DNA of 57,732 nt, the filler included, from Sphacelaria rigidula (Eukaryota), in assembly GCA_964200075.2 (NCBI GenBank). It is 2 parts of 2 records of this genome, joined end to end, with 100 filler letters (N's around TTAATTAATTAA, not from the genome) between each part and the next. Parts side by side here need not be neighbours in the genome. Positions count along the whole stretch, not along the records: positions 28,951 to 57,732 come from CAXNAA020000094.1; 1 more part is not named here. One strand, written 5' to 3'. Shown here one piece after another: positions 35,101-50,100 of the stretch. Position 1 is the first letter of the stretch, and every line of letters begins with the position of its first letter. The notes below the pieces were generated by a model that saw only the letters and a list, made by a program, of their open reading frames with translations, did no database searches and was not told the DNA's origin. The position numbers and the translations under genes are program-made.

Positions 35101-38100
35101 GTGAGGTGTGAAATGCTTGGCATGACGATAGGTCTCGTCATGAGCGCGTGCGGCACACTAGGTAGATCAACCTTTACGCCACCTGAGCCCCCAACGACCT
35201 TGTGGGTCGTCGGTACAACTCTTCGCAACTTCGCTCTGTTCCCTTCAAGATCAGTGTTGGTAACTCCAGTACCACCAAGCCACCTTCGGATGGGAGCCTC
35301 TCCGGGCTTCATCACTTTCGTCACACGTGATAAGATGGAGCTGTGTAGGTCACCAAGCAGACATCAGCTAACATTAGTGGGTAGTACCTAAACGATCGAA
35401 ACGGTGTTGTACCTGAGCCAACGCCACCGAAATCATCTTCGCACGTTTCCATGTTGCCCATCTCCTCTTCCATCTTGGTATTCTCGATCTCCAAATGCTC
35501 AATTATCCACGCGGTGGCCGCGCTCTCGCTCATGACGGAACCCGCTGTGCAAACCCATGGGCAAACCAGTCGAAGCGAAGCAAAGTGAAGATTCCAAAGC
35601 CATAAATAGCAACTGATGTACCCCAGGAAATACTAGACTGGATAAATTACCAACCAGACACAGAATGAAACGGCCGGAAACGTCGATAACAGCCATCTCA
35701 ACTACAGTTGGCTGCGCATTAGACTAAAATCAATTTACAAAGTCGATGGAGCCTCGAAGGCCATCACCCGCAAGCTTACCAGAACTCTCGGCAGCTCTGA
35801 TCGCCCATTCAACCGGGAAACCCATCCCTATCAAGTTCTCTACCAGACTCTGTCGCTGCAGTTCAGGGTGGACGGCACTCTCTTCCTCACACGCGTCCAT
35901 TCCCCCCCTTGTGGCATCGCTGCTGTTACCACCTCCACCATTTGGAGGACTTGCACTCCTGTCCGTGGGAATAATAGCATCACGACTGCTGCCACCATTA
36001 CTGCCCCTGCCGTCTCTCGAAGAGAGTTCCATACGATGCTGACCAACTACTACGTCTTGGAATCCCCTCCTGGCCCGGTGTTCGGTCGACGATACTCCAA
36101 CCGGCGGCATGCTCGTCAACCTCTGTCGGGACTCACGCGATGGAAGATCGAGGTGATCAGCACAGGGATCGCCAGCTGCAACCTCGGAGGTTGGTATACC
36201 TCCAGCTTCAGCGATTGGCCGAAAGGGAACTTCATCGGCGTGGGCAGGAGCATAGACAAATGGGGAGCATCCGAAGTTAAACGCCGCTGCCTGTCCGACG
36301 TTCATGGAAGCCGCAGGATACAGTCCCTCTGGATCGAACCCGACGAACGCAACCCCGAGATCTTGACCGTTGAGACTGTCGGAATCCAAGATACAGATTG
36401 CAAGGGCGATATGACGTAGGGTGAGAGTGCACGGACACCATTCCAACAACGCTGCAAACAGATACGCGGCTCTGAAGTTTGAAGGAGAACATAGTCGCGG
36501 TGTCCAGCTGGTCGTACCTGAAACGCATTTCCTGGAGTCCGGCGTCCAGAAGTACTCCGACGACGTCGCCTGCTCGCCATCGCTTGCCATACGCGGCCGA
36601 CGACACGCACCATCTCTTCTGCCTGAAGCCATCAAATGCCCAGCTGTGCACGTGATCTCCGACACCTTGGCCGCGTACTGGGCTACAATAGAATGGCGGG
36701 GCGGCCCATCCCAACTGCATTAACCCGCCCGTGTGAAGAGTCACCTCATAGTACCACCGCCCCGCAGCGGATCGTAAACCCGCCCCCACACCAGATAGCC
36801 TCACGGTTGGGAAGTGCGACGCGGCCGTAACTCGGTCGCCGTCTACTTGAGCCTCGCCGCCGAGGACTTGTAAAACCGGTCGAAGCGACGATGAAGATCG
36901 ATCGCCGTTGTCTGCTGAGCGCTGGACACCCCTTTCGTTGCTCGTGCAAGCTCTGAACCCTTCCCGAGACGGCACCAGTGACCACGCTGGGTCGCCTGTA
37001 CTCGTGCTCATCCTGGCCCACACGGCCTGGCATGCCGCTTCTAGGTCAGCTAGAAGCGATCGTGAGCTACTACTACCGGAACTTCGCTGTCGGTCGAAAG
37101 AGAGGATGACGGCCGCGAACTCACGCCTCCGTCGAAAGGCGACGGCACCATTAACGCCGAGCGCAAGAGTAGGCGCCGACTGCAACGGCATCGAGGCGAG
37201 TTTCAGGAGCGGGTTAAGAAAATCCCCGAGCACAGCATTGGCTGCCAAATCAGAATGACGGAGTTGCACTGCAAGGGCTCGTACGAGCCGAGACTGCAGA
37301 TGTGCCGTGATGATGTTGACCCAGGACGGATCGGCAGCGTCGCCTCGGCTGGCTCCTGGTTGGCCGATGGACTCATCCGCGCAGGTATTACGTCCCGAGC
37401 ACGACGATTCGAGGAGAGTAGATACGGTTGAGAGAGCTGCCGCATCTTCGAACAAGAACGGAGTTTTGGGTTCAGCGACATCTGCGGTCCATACAACTTG
37501 CCGGCGATCTACGGCGATCACCCGGCGGCGGGGCATTGTTGATTGAACATGCTTGCCGCCGGACACCGAACGTTTCCACGACTGATGAGCCTCACTCGTA
37601 TTTCTGTCGAGTTCACTATCCACGCATCCCAGGTACTCTTCGTCGACAGTGACGACGGCTAAAGCGCCAAGGTACCCCGTGTTGGGTGCATCAAGATCTT
37701 CCACACCTAGTAGAGTACCGCCGCATACGCACTTAACCGAAGTGTAACCAATTGATACAATGTCCATCGCCATCGAGCTATTCGTACTGGACCCTTGCCC
37801 CAACGTGTCCGCTCCAACCGGCGCCCCTGAGACCGGTGCATCAGCTGCGTTGAAGCAACCAACAAAGGGATATCCGTTTGGCAACAAAGATACTCTCGCA
37901 CCCACATGAGGTCCTTCGATGTGACCACCTCCAAGGTACACCGCAGCTGCAGCAGCCCCAAGCCTTGCTGCGGATAGGCTGCCGGTCTCGATGCGTCCGT
38001 CGGCGGGGTACCACTCAGTCGATGAAGTCTTCAGTGCTGGGATGGAGTTTGAAAGAGCCACCAATGTCTCAGCGTTGACCGCCCCGAGTCCGCTCACCAA

Positions 38101-41100
38101 AGCGGCATGTACATGTCGTCGCCACCGTGTTGGCGCTTCCAGCATGAGAAGCCTCAATAGGGATACTATCGCTGAAATCAATGACGACTCCTGGGATGCC
38201 CGTGGTGCTATCGTGATGTGCCGCGTCCGCTGCGGTGTGCTCAGATGTTCTTTGCTGCGTTCCTGAGCAATGACAATCTTGCCCAATTCGTTTTGCCTCC
38301 GGCTTACATAGTCACCCAAGTTACGATCGCGTAGGGAAAGTAATGACCTGCCCAGCAACGAGCATAGGCGGTCTATGACGACGCGGTCATCGAGCTCACA
38401 CGCCGGAGCACCAGGGCAGAGGAAGGAAGAATCTGCGTTGGCACCACTGTTCAAGTTTGCGTCCTGCGTTTTGTCACCACAGGTCAGATGATCTGTGCAC
38501 AACAAAAGGCTGAGAGCCTGCAATACTACCCTTTGGGTCTGTAGAGATGAGACCGGGATGGTCATGATCCAGAGATTGAGCCACCGCGAAGAAGACATCG
38601 CAGTAGCCGCACGTTGAGATGAGAGCGCTATTTCAAGCGCCAGAGTTACGAGGCGGTCAACATAGCATTCAGCCAAACGCTGTTCGTTGTCCTGCTGCTG
38701 TGAAGTGCCGTTGCTAGCCAGAATATGTACTTGCTCAGGCGAAATCTCACGACCATGCCAGTAGATGTCGTACACATTCAGGCCTGTGCGCATTTCGCCC
38801 GGTGGATTTTCGAGGTGCCTGTTACGTTCGCCAACTTGCACCTCGAAATGCGCTGGTTCCCCTGGCGAACCCTGGTTCTGGTACTTTCGAAGATTAATGT
38901 TGCAGTCAGGAAGGTCTTGCTCAAAGACAACGCGACCATCAAATGAAATACGCACGACAGGCAAACAGGGGCGTTGTGTACGCCCACCTCTCTCGCGGGA
39001 GTGAATCTCCTTTTCATTCTCCGAATACGAGCAGCAGACATGCGTCCAATGCCCCACCGGCAAAGGGCATCCAGACATGAATTTCTTCACGACTAAGGTT
39101 TCCGTACTCCGATCGGTTGACTCCTCAAAAACAGCCCCCCCCGGGGGTAATCTAATTCCTTCCTCGTCCCCAGCACGACCAGCTGTAGGTAGGGACGCGT
39201 CACCGTTATCGTGCTTCAAGAAGGCGAATTCAACGTACACACGTTCATCATCATATCTATTATTCGCGTTTTCCTGCCGCTGCTTTGATGGCAAGAGTTT
39301 TGACAGGACCACCTGAGACTCAGCACCCCCACCACCGCCGCACCAGTCTTTCTGAACGCAAGTGCAGATAACCATCCGGGCCTCCGCGTTTGGTGATTGT
39401 TCTCCGCCATTCGCAGCGCGCGGAGCACTTTCTGGGGCCCAAACCCAGAACGTTATGGCGAATGCTGCACTCGTCTCTTGTCGAAATAAGTGCGAGATGC
39501 CCGAAACCGCTGGGAGCGGAGCCGGCACTTGCCCGGCTGTCAATAGCCGAGCCCTGGTTGCAATCATCACCGCCTCTTCGGCCTCCCGTCGGCGCACGAC
39601 GATCTTTAACCGCTTTTGGGCTCTGGTCAATTCATTGAACAGCACCGACAACAGAATCTGGACGATTTGCCACCATTGTTGTATTCCTCCCGTGATGGCT
39701 ATGTGTTTACTCGCATGTTCAGCCGAGTTTGACGACGTGGATCGCCCCAAGGAAGAGATGGCATCCCTTTCGGAGAGTCGCACCGACATAGAAGCCGAAC
39801 ACAGGTGTGTGGTAAAGACGCAGAGAGCTCGCCACGCTGCACAGTGGACATTACCATGTCGGGACGCGGCAACGCCGGGACTCCACGTTCGCGGTGCCAA
39901 TATATCTCCTTCGTCACTCAGGACGGCCCCCAAGACCGGTAGCACCGCTGCAATGACCGACACTGCCCCCTGTTCTGCTAGAGCAGAGGGGGGTATCAGA
40001 TTCGCTTCAAACGCAGCGACCGACTTATTCGAGTTCCCGATGCCCAACCGCGCCGACCATCCAGAACCTGGGACAATGGGGATTCGTTTATTGCTGCGGC
40101 TGTTTGATGACGATGCCAGTTGCCCTTCTGTGATCATCCCGGGCGCAGGCGTGTGCTCTGAACCGATACTTCCGCCCAGATGTAAACAAGAGGGACTCAG
40201 CTTCACGGCGAGAGTTCCTAGCATGGTGAGAATTATTATCAGCGAGTCATCCTTCGCGCGATAGCGATCTTGTGGGTCCCGCGTTGAGCGCCCATCTCTC
40301 AGTTCGCACACCGCGAAGCTGCATAGTTCCACGAAGGAAGAGCAAACTAACCCTGTGGCAGTGCACCCAGCTCCGCTGATATCGCTGGAAGGGGCTGGTC
40401 GATCAAGAAGCGAAGAGCTTTTGCGGGCATCGAGGTCCGTGTTCCGTATTGCACGGGCGAGTCGGTCACTGATATGCCGACGTGAAGCCGAAATATGCAC
40501 ATCCTCGAGAAGATAGCGAGTCAAGTGGAGGCCAGTTGCACGTACCTGAGGGTGGGTTGCAGAGGTAAAGCTCGGAACCTAGCTATGTGACACAAGACCC
40601 CGTGTCTTGACGACGATACACTCTAAGGAACCACGTTCATGCCCTTGACATATATCCACAAAAACGAGGTGACGAACGTGAGCATGAGATAGATGCTAAT
40701 GGCTATGCCGCTTGCGAGATTTCAATCAAGTAAATTTCTCACCTTCGCTTTGAGCTCGTGTTTGACCATCGCCAGCTCTAGCGCACCGAAAGCTATTGGG
40801 CTTGCTGCAAACACGACGAGAGATTCGAGGCTGGCACACCCCAAAATGTTCAATTCACTGTCAACCGCCGAAGCTGTGGCAAGCGCCATCTCCACTTGAC
40901 CCTGAGCCATGTGTTGGCATACCAACGTTAAAGGGCTGCAACTTCGACCGTTTTTGCAGCTAGAGTCGCGGCGCTGATGGGTAGACCCAGCGTTCCTCCT
41001 GGCGTCACTAGCCCACCTGTTTCAGGGAGTGCCACAGCGCCACGCAAGAATGGATCGCATGCTCCCCTTACTCGTCCGGACACAATGGTTGCGGAATACT

Positions 41101-44100
41101 TTATGTGGCGTTTCTTCAGGGCCCGAGCACAGTTGCCTATAGAGGGCTTTGTCGTAGTGAGCATGGGTCCAGATCGGCCATGTAATGACTATCAAGATAC
41201 CATGGGTATGAATAGTAAGTCTCCGCAGGTATGTATAAAACCAGCTTGCGAGGTCACGAGCTAGAGGTCGGCGTCAAGGTTGATTCCTGTTCAACTTCGG
41301 AATAAACCCTAGTCTCTCGAGACGCTGTACAATTCGGTTCAGTGTATGATAATACCTCAAATATTTCGCGATGCCATGGACAGGCAAGATGAACACCCGA
41401 GTGGTGTACGGCACAATTGAGTTAGCAGGGGACGTTCCCTCTGAGGTGGTAATATTTGGAGATGAAGTTGGTTCTGCCCAACGGTAATGGGTGTGATGTG
41501 CCGCCGACTTACCCCCGTAAGGTGTCCGCCACGTCCCGACCAATCTGCTGGTCGTCGCTGGGTAGACGGGAAGAGAAACGCTTCTGACGACAAGGGGCAT
41601 GCTGTTGACGATGCTGTCTGTGACCGAGGGGCGAGAAAAGGAGAGCGGGTGAGGGAAGGGCGGAAGAAGGAGGGAGGGGGGAAGGGGGGCATTTTTTCGG
41701 CGAAAGATATCGCCACCGAGTAGATTTCGAGACGTGACTTGACCACTCGAAGTTGAAGTGCGAAATCCTGTGCATACCTATGCATGTGGTTATCATCTTT
41801 TATAGCGTGAGGATGGGAGTTGCAACGGAAACATAACAAGAGTGGATGTGGTGCGGGAGTGCTGATCCAATCCGATAGGTACATGTCACGCAGGTACCGG
41901 GGGCGAGAGGGGGTTGATCCCTCAAGAATACGCCGTACGGACTCGTCCTGGGGAAAGGAAAAGGCTGAAAGCATGACAACGTATGTGGAATCAATCCGCA
42001 AATGTACCGCAAAAATTATCTCGTGGCTTGTTGGGAGTATTCCTGGAAAACCGCAAACATCCGTCCCAACTGTCGCTCAATCACCAACCGTTAAAAACAG
42101 AGACTATCGTAACTCTACGCCAATCACACACCAAGTGTCTACGATGGTGATGGAATAACACCACCTTGCACTGTATACATTACCGTGCTGCAATGTACGT
42201 GTTGCCATTTCCTGACATGTTTTTTTCACATGCTGACAAAACAAACTGCGCGCAACCTGGATCAGATGTCGCTTGAAGACCAACCTTGTGAGACCGACCA
42301 CGGGCAAACGCGGGTTCTTCAGCAGGAAGTCGCAGTTGCGTACGATCGCACTAAGCATCCTTGCGATAGCGGCGAACTGGTACTTGGTCGGTTCAGGTCC
42401 ACGATGCCCTGATGCATCACCGCTATCCGACGAGCCATTGACACTGCCGGTTGCCCTTGCTCCACTGTCCTCGGCTTCGTCGGTTGAGTTGGCTAGGGTG
42501 GTGAACGCCTCGCGCGCCTCGGCGACCGCTGCCGCCACAAGCTTGAGCGCCGGGGGAGGGGAGCTTGCACGATCGAGTCGGCACCTAAAATTAGCATTCA
42601 ACGTGTGGTACGGGCGAGCCATGACAGGACGTACCGGCGGGCACTTTTAGAGGACTGATAGCCGTTGGAGCATCAACCCAGCACACATTTTCGTAACATG
42701 TTATTGCTGATCCAAAGTGCACGTCCCAGCGCATAATGTATATAATCAGCCGCACAATACACCAAACCCGGTGCAAATCTGTCGGAGAGTAAATGGTCCG
42801 GCAGTATCATTGACTTGACGGGCGTCGCAGTTGGCAATCGAATTTCACTCGTCCACACCCACTTCGCAAACGTAGCAGCTTCTGTCACCAAGCCGTTGCT
42901 CTTGATCATCACTCCCACGAGTGCACGGGTGGCGGCATCCACGTCTACCGAGAGAGCGCTAAGTTTCCGGCGCCGGGCGGCCCCGATACTTCGTTGATCC
43001 TCAGACGGCGCGGAATTTGAGCAAGAGTGGGAACTAAGGGATTGATAGCTGCCCCAACCTTGCCCTTGAGTAGCCAGCGATGTCGCGTGTAAGACAGGCA
43101 TCTCAGAAACGGGCGGGGCTGCCATCCACTGGTATAGAGCTTGCGCAGACCCGCGACCACAGAGGAGATTTTGGATGAATCCCTGATGTCGTAGAGAACG
43201 CGCACCGGCGAGTAGCTGCTATGTAACCGTTGCACTTGTATTTTTTAATAGGAAACAAATGCTCGCAATGTGGCACCAGCGTGCCAAATGGTCGCAGCAC
43301 ACACGAAAGTGCTGCTGGTGGTACAGTACTGTAAGCTAGCCTGCCATACGGGAACATGGATAGCGCGAGGTTTGTGTGAATGCCGGTGTTGGCCGCACTT
43401 GTGTTACAAGATTGTGCTACACGCTCACACCTCAGCACATGTTTCGTCCACCACGCTGTCCAGCTGCCGAGCAGCTGTGGTTGCCCGAGCAGATTCCGCG
43501 GATCCGCCTTGCATGCCACTGCTACTCGTCGACTCGTCTCCCAGGCTTCCCACCGAATCCGAGCACCGCGTTTGCGCGTCTGGCGAAGATGATTGGCTCG
43601 AGTTGCTGGCTACGGACGTACTTGGATCGATTGGGTTCAATTTTTCGCTGCGGTCGCCGCTAGCTCGGCGACGACGGTGTGGAACGTTGTGTAAGAACAT
43701 GGGTCTGCCCATTGAGGGGCTGCTCCTTGAGGAGGACAATCCAGGCCCACCTGCCGCAGCAGACGCAGAGGTAGGCCCGGATGACGAGCTTCCTCGCCTT
43801 TCGAGCACAAGCCGTTCTCCCCACGCGATCACCTGCTAGAATTGAGCGGTATATAGGGGACATTGATGAGTCTGCATGAAAACAAGGTGCTTACTGGTCA
43901 GGTTCCATCGCGGGCAATACATACTCACCATGCACATGTTTTAACCAAAACCATCCGTCCGCAGCCACCACCGCGGTACCACGTCACGTCGGCACGGAAA
44001 TTCGGACCGGCTGCAAGCATGAGTAGTTGCACACTACAGGACTTTCACCGCGTTCCGTATGATTTTCGATTGCATACCTTGCGAGAATCACGAAAGACAG

Positions 44101-47100
44101 GGTTGCTCAACAGCGAGGTAGGTCCGACCTCGCCTTCGCTAGACGAGCGGAAATTTTCTCGTCCATGTGCCAAGAACGGCGATGAAAGGAGCATGATCTC
44201 GACCAAGTGATCAGCTTCCTCGTACGCTGCACCGCCATCACCATTGTTGCAGATGTCGTCAACACCTCTTTCTTTAGACACCGGCGAGGGTAATTGGTGG
44301 CCTGCTGATGCATGAGGTATGGTCATACCGTTCTCTATCAAGCCGCAAGTAAGGTCGGCTGAGAGGGCGGCGAGCGTCTCTTCGAGACCCCTCATCCAGC
44401 CAGCAAAATTCGGCCTATATTTGGAGGAAAGTGGGGGAAATTGCATGTCGTCGTCGTTGCACTCGACGGCCTCCTGTGAGCGGTTGAATCGATCCACAAC
44501 CCCGATCATAGGCAATAGCGACGGTAGCAGCGCGACAGCGAGAGATTCACGTCCTTCCCCAGGAACCGGAAAAGCAGCAAGTGACACGCAGAGTAGAGGA
44601 ACTATCGAAAGGAAAGAACACCTCACAGCCTCCTCGTCGACGCAGGAAAACCTATGGGGATGTGGGTTCTGGTTTTCTTCTCGGAAGAGCTCAGTAAACG
44701 CCTCCAAGCTCGCCTCCAGAAGGCGGACAGCATGAGCGACCGCCAACGCGCGAGGACTCCTCTGTTTGTGGAATGATGTGCGTAATACGAGGTCACCCCA
44801 GCAGCCTATTACCTGGGTCTGAAGTGCGAGCAGAAGGCGAACGTGCGGACACGTGGCATTCTCGGTAACACCGATGTTTTCTCCGGTCCCCTTAACCTTG
44901 GATTTTCTTGCGCTGTCCGTGCGCTGCCGTTGCTGCTGCCGCGGGCACGAGGTATTCGAGACCCGTACGCCAACAGGTTTGCCGTTACGAAGCTGCCAAG
45001 CGAGATCGTTGACGCAACGGACCAATAGCGATTGTATGATGCCATCTAGCTCCGTGGCGCTGAGCGCTATTACTTTCGCCGTCCGCGCTTGTCGTCCAAG
45101 GTTTCCGCACCCGTGCCATGTTGGGTATTTTTCGCTCTCGTGAAGCACACCTTCGGTATCAAGCGCCTCGGCAACCATGGCAGCCATGAAGCTGTCCCGG
45201 CCCAAACCTTCTACAGCTGCTGTAAGTAGCGCCCGACTAGATATGAGGTGAACACGACCCGTGTGGTCGGGTTCACGCCAATTCCCTGATCTTATCCCGC
45301 CGCCGCCATTGTTTTCGGCATACTGGGGTGTGCCGGATGCACCATCATCGTCACTCGTACCAGCGACGCCACCGACTATATCCCTCAACAACTGGACACG
45401 GGCAATATTGCAGGGATAGAAGACGCTGAAGCCTACGCGAAAGCATTCGGCAGCCTCGGCCTGCGTGAGTATTTTCGCGGACGATTGCAGCATGGAACAA
45501 GAGCAAACGTCCCTTAAAACTTATCTGTGGATGATCTGCTTTGCAAACAAACGTGCAGCAACCGCGATTTTGCCTTGTGAGTCATACGAGCGACATTCAT
45601 GGAACATTCTTTCAACGTACATGTGGATGACAACGAAAGCAGTATCTCATGGAACAACGAACTCACAAGGAGTTTAGCTCTACATTCGAAAATAAGCGGT
45701 CAGTGAGCAAGACCTCCATTCGAAGACAAATACTCGATTTTCAGGCATTCCTATCTTCTTCAGGACGAAGCGCCATCATTGCGCGAGTACATCTGCAGAT
45801 ATTGCGAAGATAATGGAACGTAAAAACGTTTCAAACCTTACATGGACAGCCTCGATCGCCTCCGCTATCTCTGGTGAGTGCCCTTCCGTTGCTTCCTCTA
45901 ACAACTTCCACAGCTCACGATGGATCTCCTGAATGAAAACTTCTATATCTCCATCCTTGTTCTTCGTGGACTCATACTCGGCATGTTGCGAGCCCTCCGA
46001 TATGGTCGCTTGTGGTGCAGGTAACATTCCCACGACTCCCCCCTCCGCTGATGCCCCAACCCGCGTCTCCATCACTCGTGATGTCCCCTGGAATATTTTC
46101 GCCGGCGGCGGCAAAGAAGCACCTGAATCCCCGCGAACGTTTCGATCCGCCCCGAGTGCTTGATTAGATCTCAAAATCACCCTGTTCGCCCGATTACCTC
46201 CGTCGTTCGATGCAGATTCTTCGGCATCGTCCGGCGCCATCCGATGATCGTCCAACGCACTAGTATCCACGTCGTCTTCCTTCAGAGGGTCACCGTTGTC
46301 TGCGCCGCCATTTTCCCCGTGATAAGCCCTGCGGATTGAAGCTGCGCGAACAAAGTAGAACAGATTAATTCTTAGGAGTCTCAACGCACACCGGAGTACC
46401 TCAAGTTGTACCGTCGAGGACGCCGCCCCTAGCTCACTTCTATTCGCCGGCGCCGGGCAACCGCCAGGATGTGAATCCCCGCACGGATTATCCTCAGGTC
46501 TGACTTCGCCAACTCGGCCTGTCAAGTTTGGGCATACTTCCTTCAATTGACTTTTGCATCCGGCATTGGTGGTGGCATTTACGGCGTAAGATCTAGTGCA
46601 ATTGCCTTCGGTAAACCGGGATGCCTTGTCAAGTGTGGATCTTGAAGTCAGACCCCGTGCGGTGCGAATATCTCTAAGGAGACCAAGAAACGTTTGGAAG
46701 GTTTCCGGAGACGTGTCGACACAAAACGGAGCAAAACTCGGGCGTATATGCGCTAGAGGCCCAGGTGGAGCCTTCTTTCTGCTTCCTTGCGGCTCTTTTG
46801 TGCCTGGGTGAGGAGGGGTGGATGTTTGTAGATTGAGGATGGACGCCGGCTGCTCTTCCACATGGGGTTGGCGTTCACTCGCATTCAAGTCCCCACATTG
46901 TGGAGACGTGGGCGCACCAACGGCGAAGCCATCTAACGCGGGTGGCTCAAGGCTGTGCAATGCCCCGATCCTGCGTACGTTTTGCTCTCGAGCAGTGACT
47001 GCTTGTGACACCATACGGTCCACGTCTGTGGTGGGATCAGTGGGGACGTGAGGAAGACCAAGGCGCTCGAATTGCCGAAGAAGTGAGACTCCAACCTCCA

Positions 47101-50100
47101 ATCGCCCGAACTAGTCACCGGATCGTACGTAGGGGAAAGGGCAGGGAATTAGTTCTCGCATCGATCACAATCGCGCGGAAGAAGGTTTGGAGCGACAACT
47201 CGAAAAAATCACGAAGCTACACGTCAAAACGAACCCACCACGCTTCCCCTTATATTGTGTTTCTGCAAAAAATTCATGACTATCAATGACTTCAATAAGC
47301 AAACTACTTCTGGAAATTTACTTCTAAGGAACGTCTTTGCCCAAAACAAGTAATGGCGGAAGCCCCGCCAAAGACCCCCCATGCTGGCTAAGGCATCTCA
47401 CCCCTCACCCCCTCCCCCATCCCAAGCTCACAGGGCAGCCTCGGTGCTCTCACCGGTTGCGACGAATTTTCAGGTAATGGTAATCCAGTAGCTTCGAGAA
47501 TTTCTTCAGACGCAGATCTGGCACTTGTGGACGCCGACGTGTGTTCCATGGGGGGCACTTTTGCCAGCACGAGGTCAAACTTTTCTCCATGTCCGAGGTG
47601 TAAGGGGTTTCGATCCTGTCCCCCCTCATATCGCAAATATTTCATGCAGAGCACAGCACGGGAAGGTCATTATAAGTTCGCCACCTGTCCGATGCTGCCC
47701 TAGTCAGTATGGCAAGGATGAAAGCTATCAATCGAATGATGGCGGCATAGCTTTTCTCCGAACAGCTGTGGTAGTCGTATATGAGGGTGTCTGGGTTTTT
47801 TTTTTCTGAGCTGAACCCCTAACATGGTGGCCACACTACTCTCCTTGTGTCACCTGTCTTTTCCTGTTTTTTGTCCTTTGTTATCTTCTCTCTACCTTTC
47901 TTTCGGTGTATACTTCTGACAGATCTGGCGTTTGATATTTGTTTGTTTGTTTTTTCTTTCTTTCTTTTCTCTCCCCGTTGAACTCAGGGGAGCTACTTCT
48001 CACCGGTTTTCGTGGCGTCGCTCTTCTTATTTTTTTTTTATTTTGGTATTGTGTCTGTTATGGAATAGCAGGGACGGTATTGGAAAGGCAAGCCTAAGTC
48101 TGTGACCATGGGTTCGCGAGATCGGACTAATGTGCAGACACAATAATAATAATAATAAAGACATCACCAGCGACCGACGTGAATTTCTTGGAGTGGAGTA
48201 GCCAAGCATCTGAATCTACACTGCTAGATCAGATCTGACGTGACGACCCGTGCTTCCTAGTCTGAGGTGAACCTCATCCATCAGAAGCCGCGCAGCGCTT
48301 CCGCCCGTATGCAGACTATTCTCACGCTCACACTTCGTTGCTGCTATGAAAACTTCACATACTCCGCTGTCATCGATCTCCCCCCGACACTGACATTAAA
48401 GCCCGTCAGAAGCACCTGTCGCTTTGTCCCTATACTAGAGCTAATGCATCAGATCGAGTTCTTACATGATGCGTAGATGAAAAACAAATGCCAACGTCGT
48501 GCTTCCAGGAACAGCACGCAAGTTCTAGTTTCCCCAGACAAATGTCGACTTACATTGCCGTCTGAGGCTGCCTCCATCAAGCGCGGGACGACGATCTGCA
48601 CAGGAGTGATATCGCCCTTGCCGTGGCTGTCAGGATGTCCACCTTCCTCAACAACACCACGCTGCCTCGTGCACTTACGCTGCGATCCCCATGCAAAGAG
48701 CCGACCGTCTGAAGTTACTGCTGCCGTGTACTCCCTTCCGCCGGCAACGGAGCACACGCGACCACCGGCAGGAGTAGAAAAGAAAGCTACCCGTGCGGGC
48801 AAGTCGCGTCCGTCTTCGCGGGCGGCATGGTCATTGGACAGGAAATTGCAGGCACGTGAAACAAACACGGTGTACCTCGAAGGCAAAATAGAGGGCTGCG
48901 TAATGGCAGAGATAGTGCTGTAGTACTACTACTGTACTGTACTTTCTTTGTGTCACAGGCGTAGTCGGCCAGGTTTGAACGGGCCTCTAATCGTCTCCGA
49001 TGCGTTAGGCAATAATATTTCTTGGAGGAATTGGCGTCTTTCTAATTTGCTCATTTGTTTTATTTTCTTTGTATACTACTCTTCTACGTGGGCCAACGGC
49101 CGAAAAGACATCGGTCTGCCCGAATGGGATCGCATTTCGTCCCTTTTGCGAGGAAAAAACGCAGAAAAACGAGAGATTAAAATTGTTGATCGACCGCAGC
49201 GCCGCGGTCTTCGTGGGGGTATGAAGCGTCGGCCGCCCACTCTGACGTTTGTTTGAGAGATCGGGCTCCCCGGTGTCGTCTATCTGAGCTTTGCATTTTT
49301 TCTATAGTTTTGTCGGATACTCGTGACCAACACAGTAGCTCTCCGTGAGCGGACCCAGAAAGCCATTCGGCACCCTCGCGTTGCCTGGCGGAATGGTCAG
49401 CGATATCTCCCCCGCCATGACGTAACGACGACCGAATGATACTTCGGTACCGCATTTACGACATGGAGGGGGTGTGACACACGGGAGTGTCCATCGTGGT
49501 TCTGGTGGGTAGTGGGCGACTTTCAAAATTCCAAAAATTAGCGGATAAATTCTGAAACGATTCTCGAGGAAAATCTCGAATATATCCCCCAAATATTCCC
49601 AATGGAAGGACAATGTCGCCTCAAACATTCTCAATAGCGATGAACCCGATGTTTTTCTTCCATGGGAACCTCCATAACTTTGTTTCCAGTGAACCTAACA
49701 ATAGCACCGTAAGCACGTTCGTTGGGGAGATATGATCTGCCCCCCACAACCGACTTTACTTATGGGGCAGAGGGAGGATGCTGCTGCTGCTACTATTGCT
49801 ACGGCGGCTGTCGCTTCCGCTTCTACTGTGACTGCATCGACTACTACTACCACTACTACTACCACTACTACTGCTACTACTGCTAATGCTGCTGCTGCTG
49901 CTGCTGCCGTCGCCGCTGCCGCATCTTGAAAGAGCTCTGCCTCCATCGAAGCTACGCCGTACACCGTCAATATGTGTACGCTTCAAGAACTACTCCAATC
50001 AACGCTCACCCGTGTCCCCGTGCCCGAGCTGCCCACCATTCCCAGCCCCCCACGTGAGCAAGGAGCCTTCATGCGTGACCGCCATGCAGTGGTCCCACCC

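Noticed and set aside
39362..40264. 300-aa plus-strand ORF (also 2773-3363, 33693-34343, 43270-43839)
   Set aside because: Antisense shadows of minus-strand exons; no recognisable motifs.
48940..49490. Possible MITE bounded by TGTGTCACA / TGTGACACA
   Set aside because: Only a 9-bp inverted match and no clear TSD; insufficient support.
49695..49986. Poly-Ala/Val/Thr/Ser ORFs
   Set aside because: Translation of an intronic trinucleotide microsatellite.
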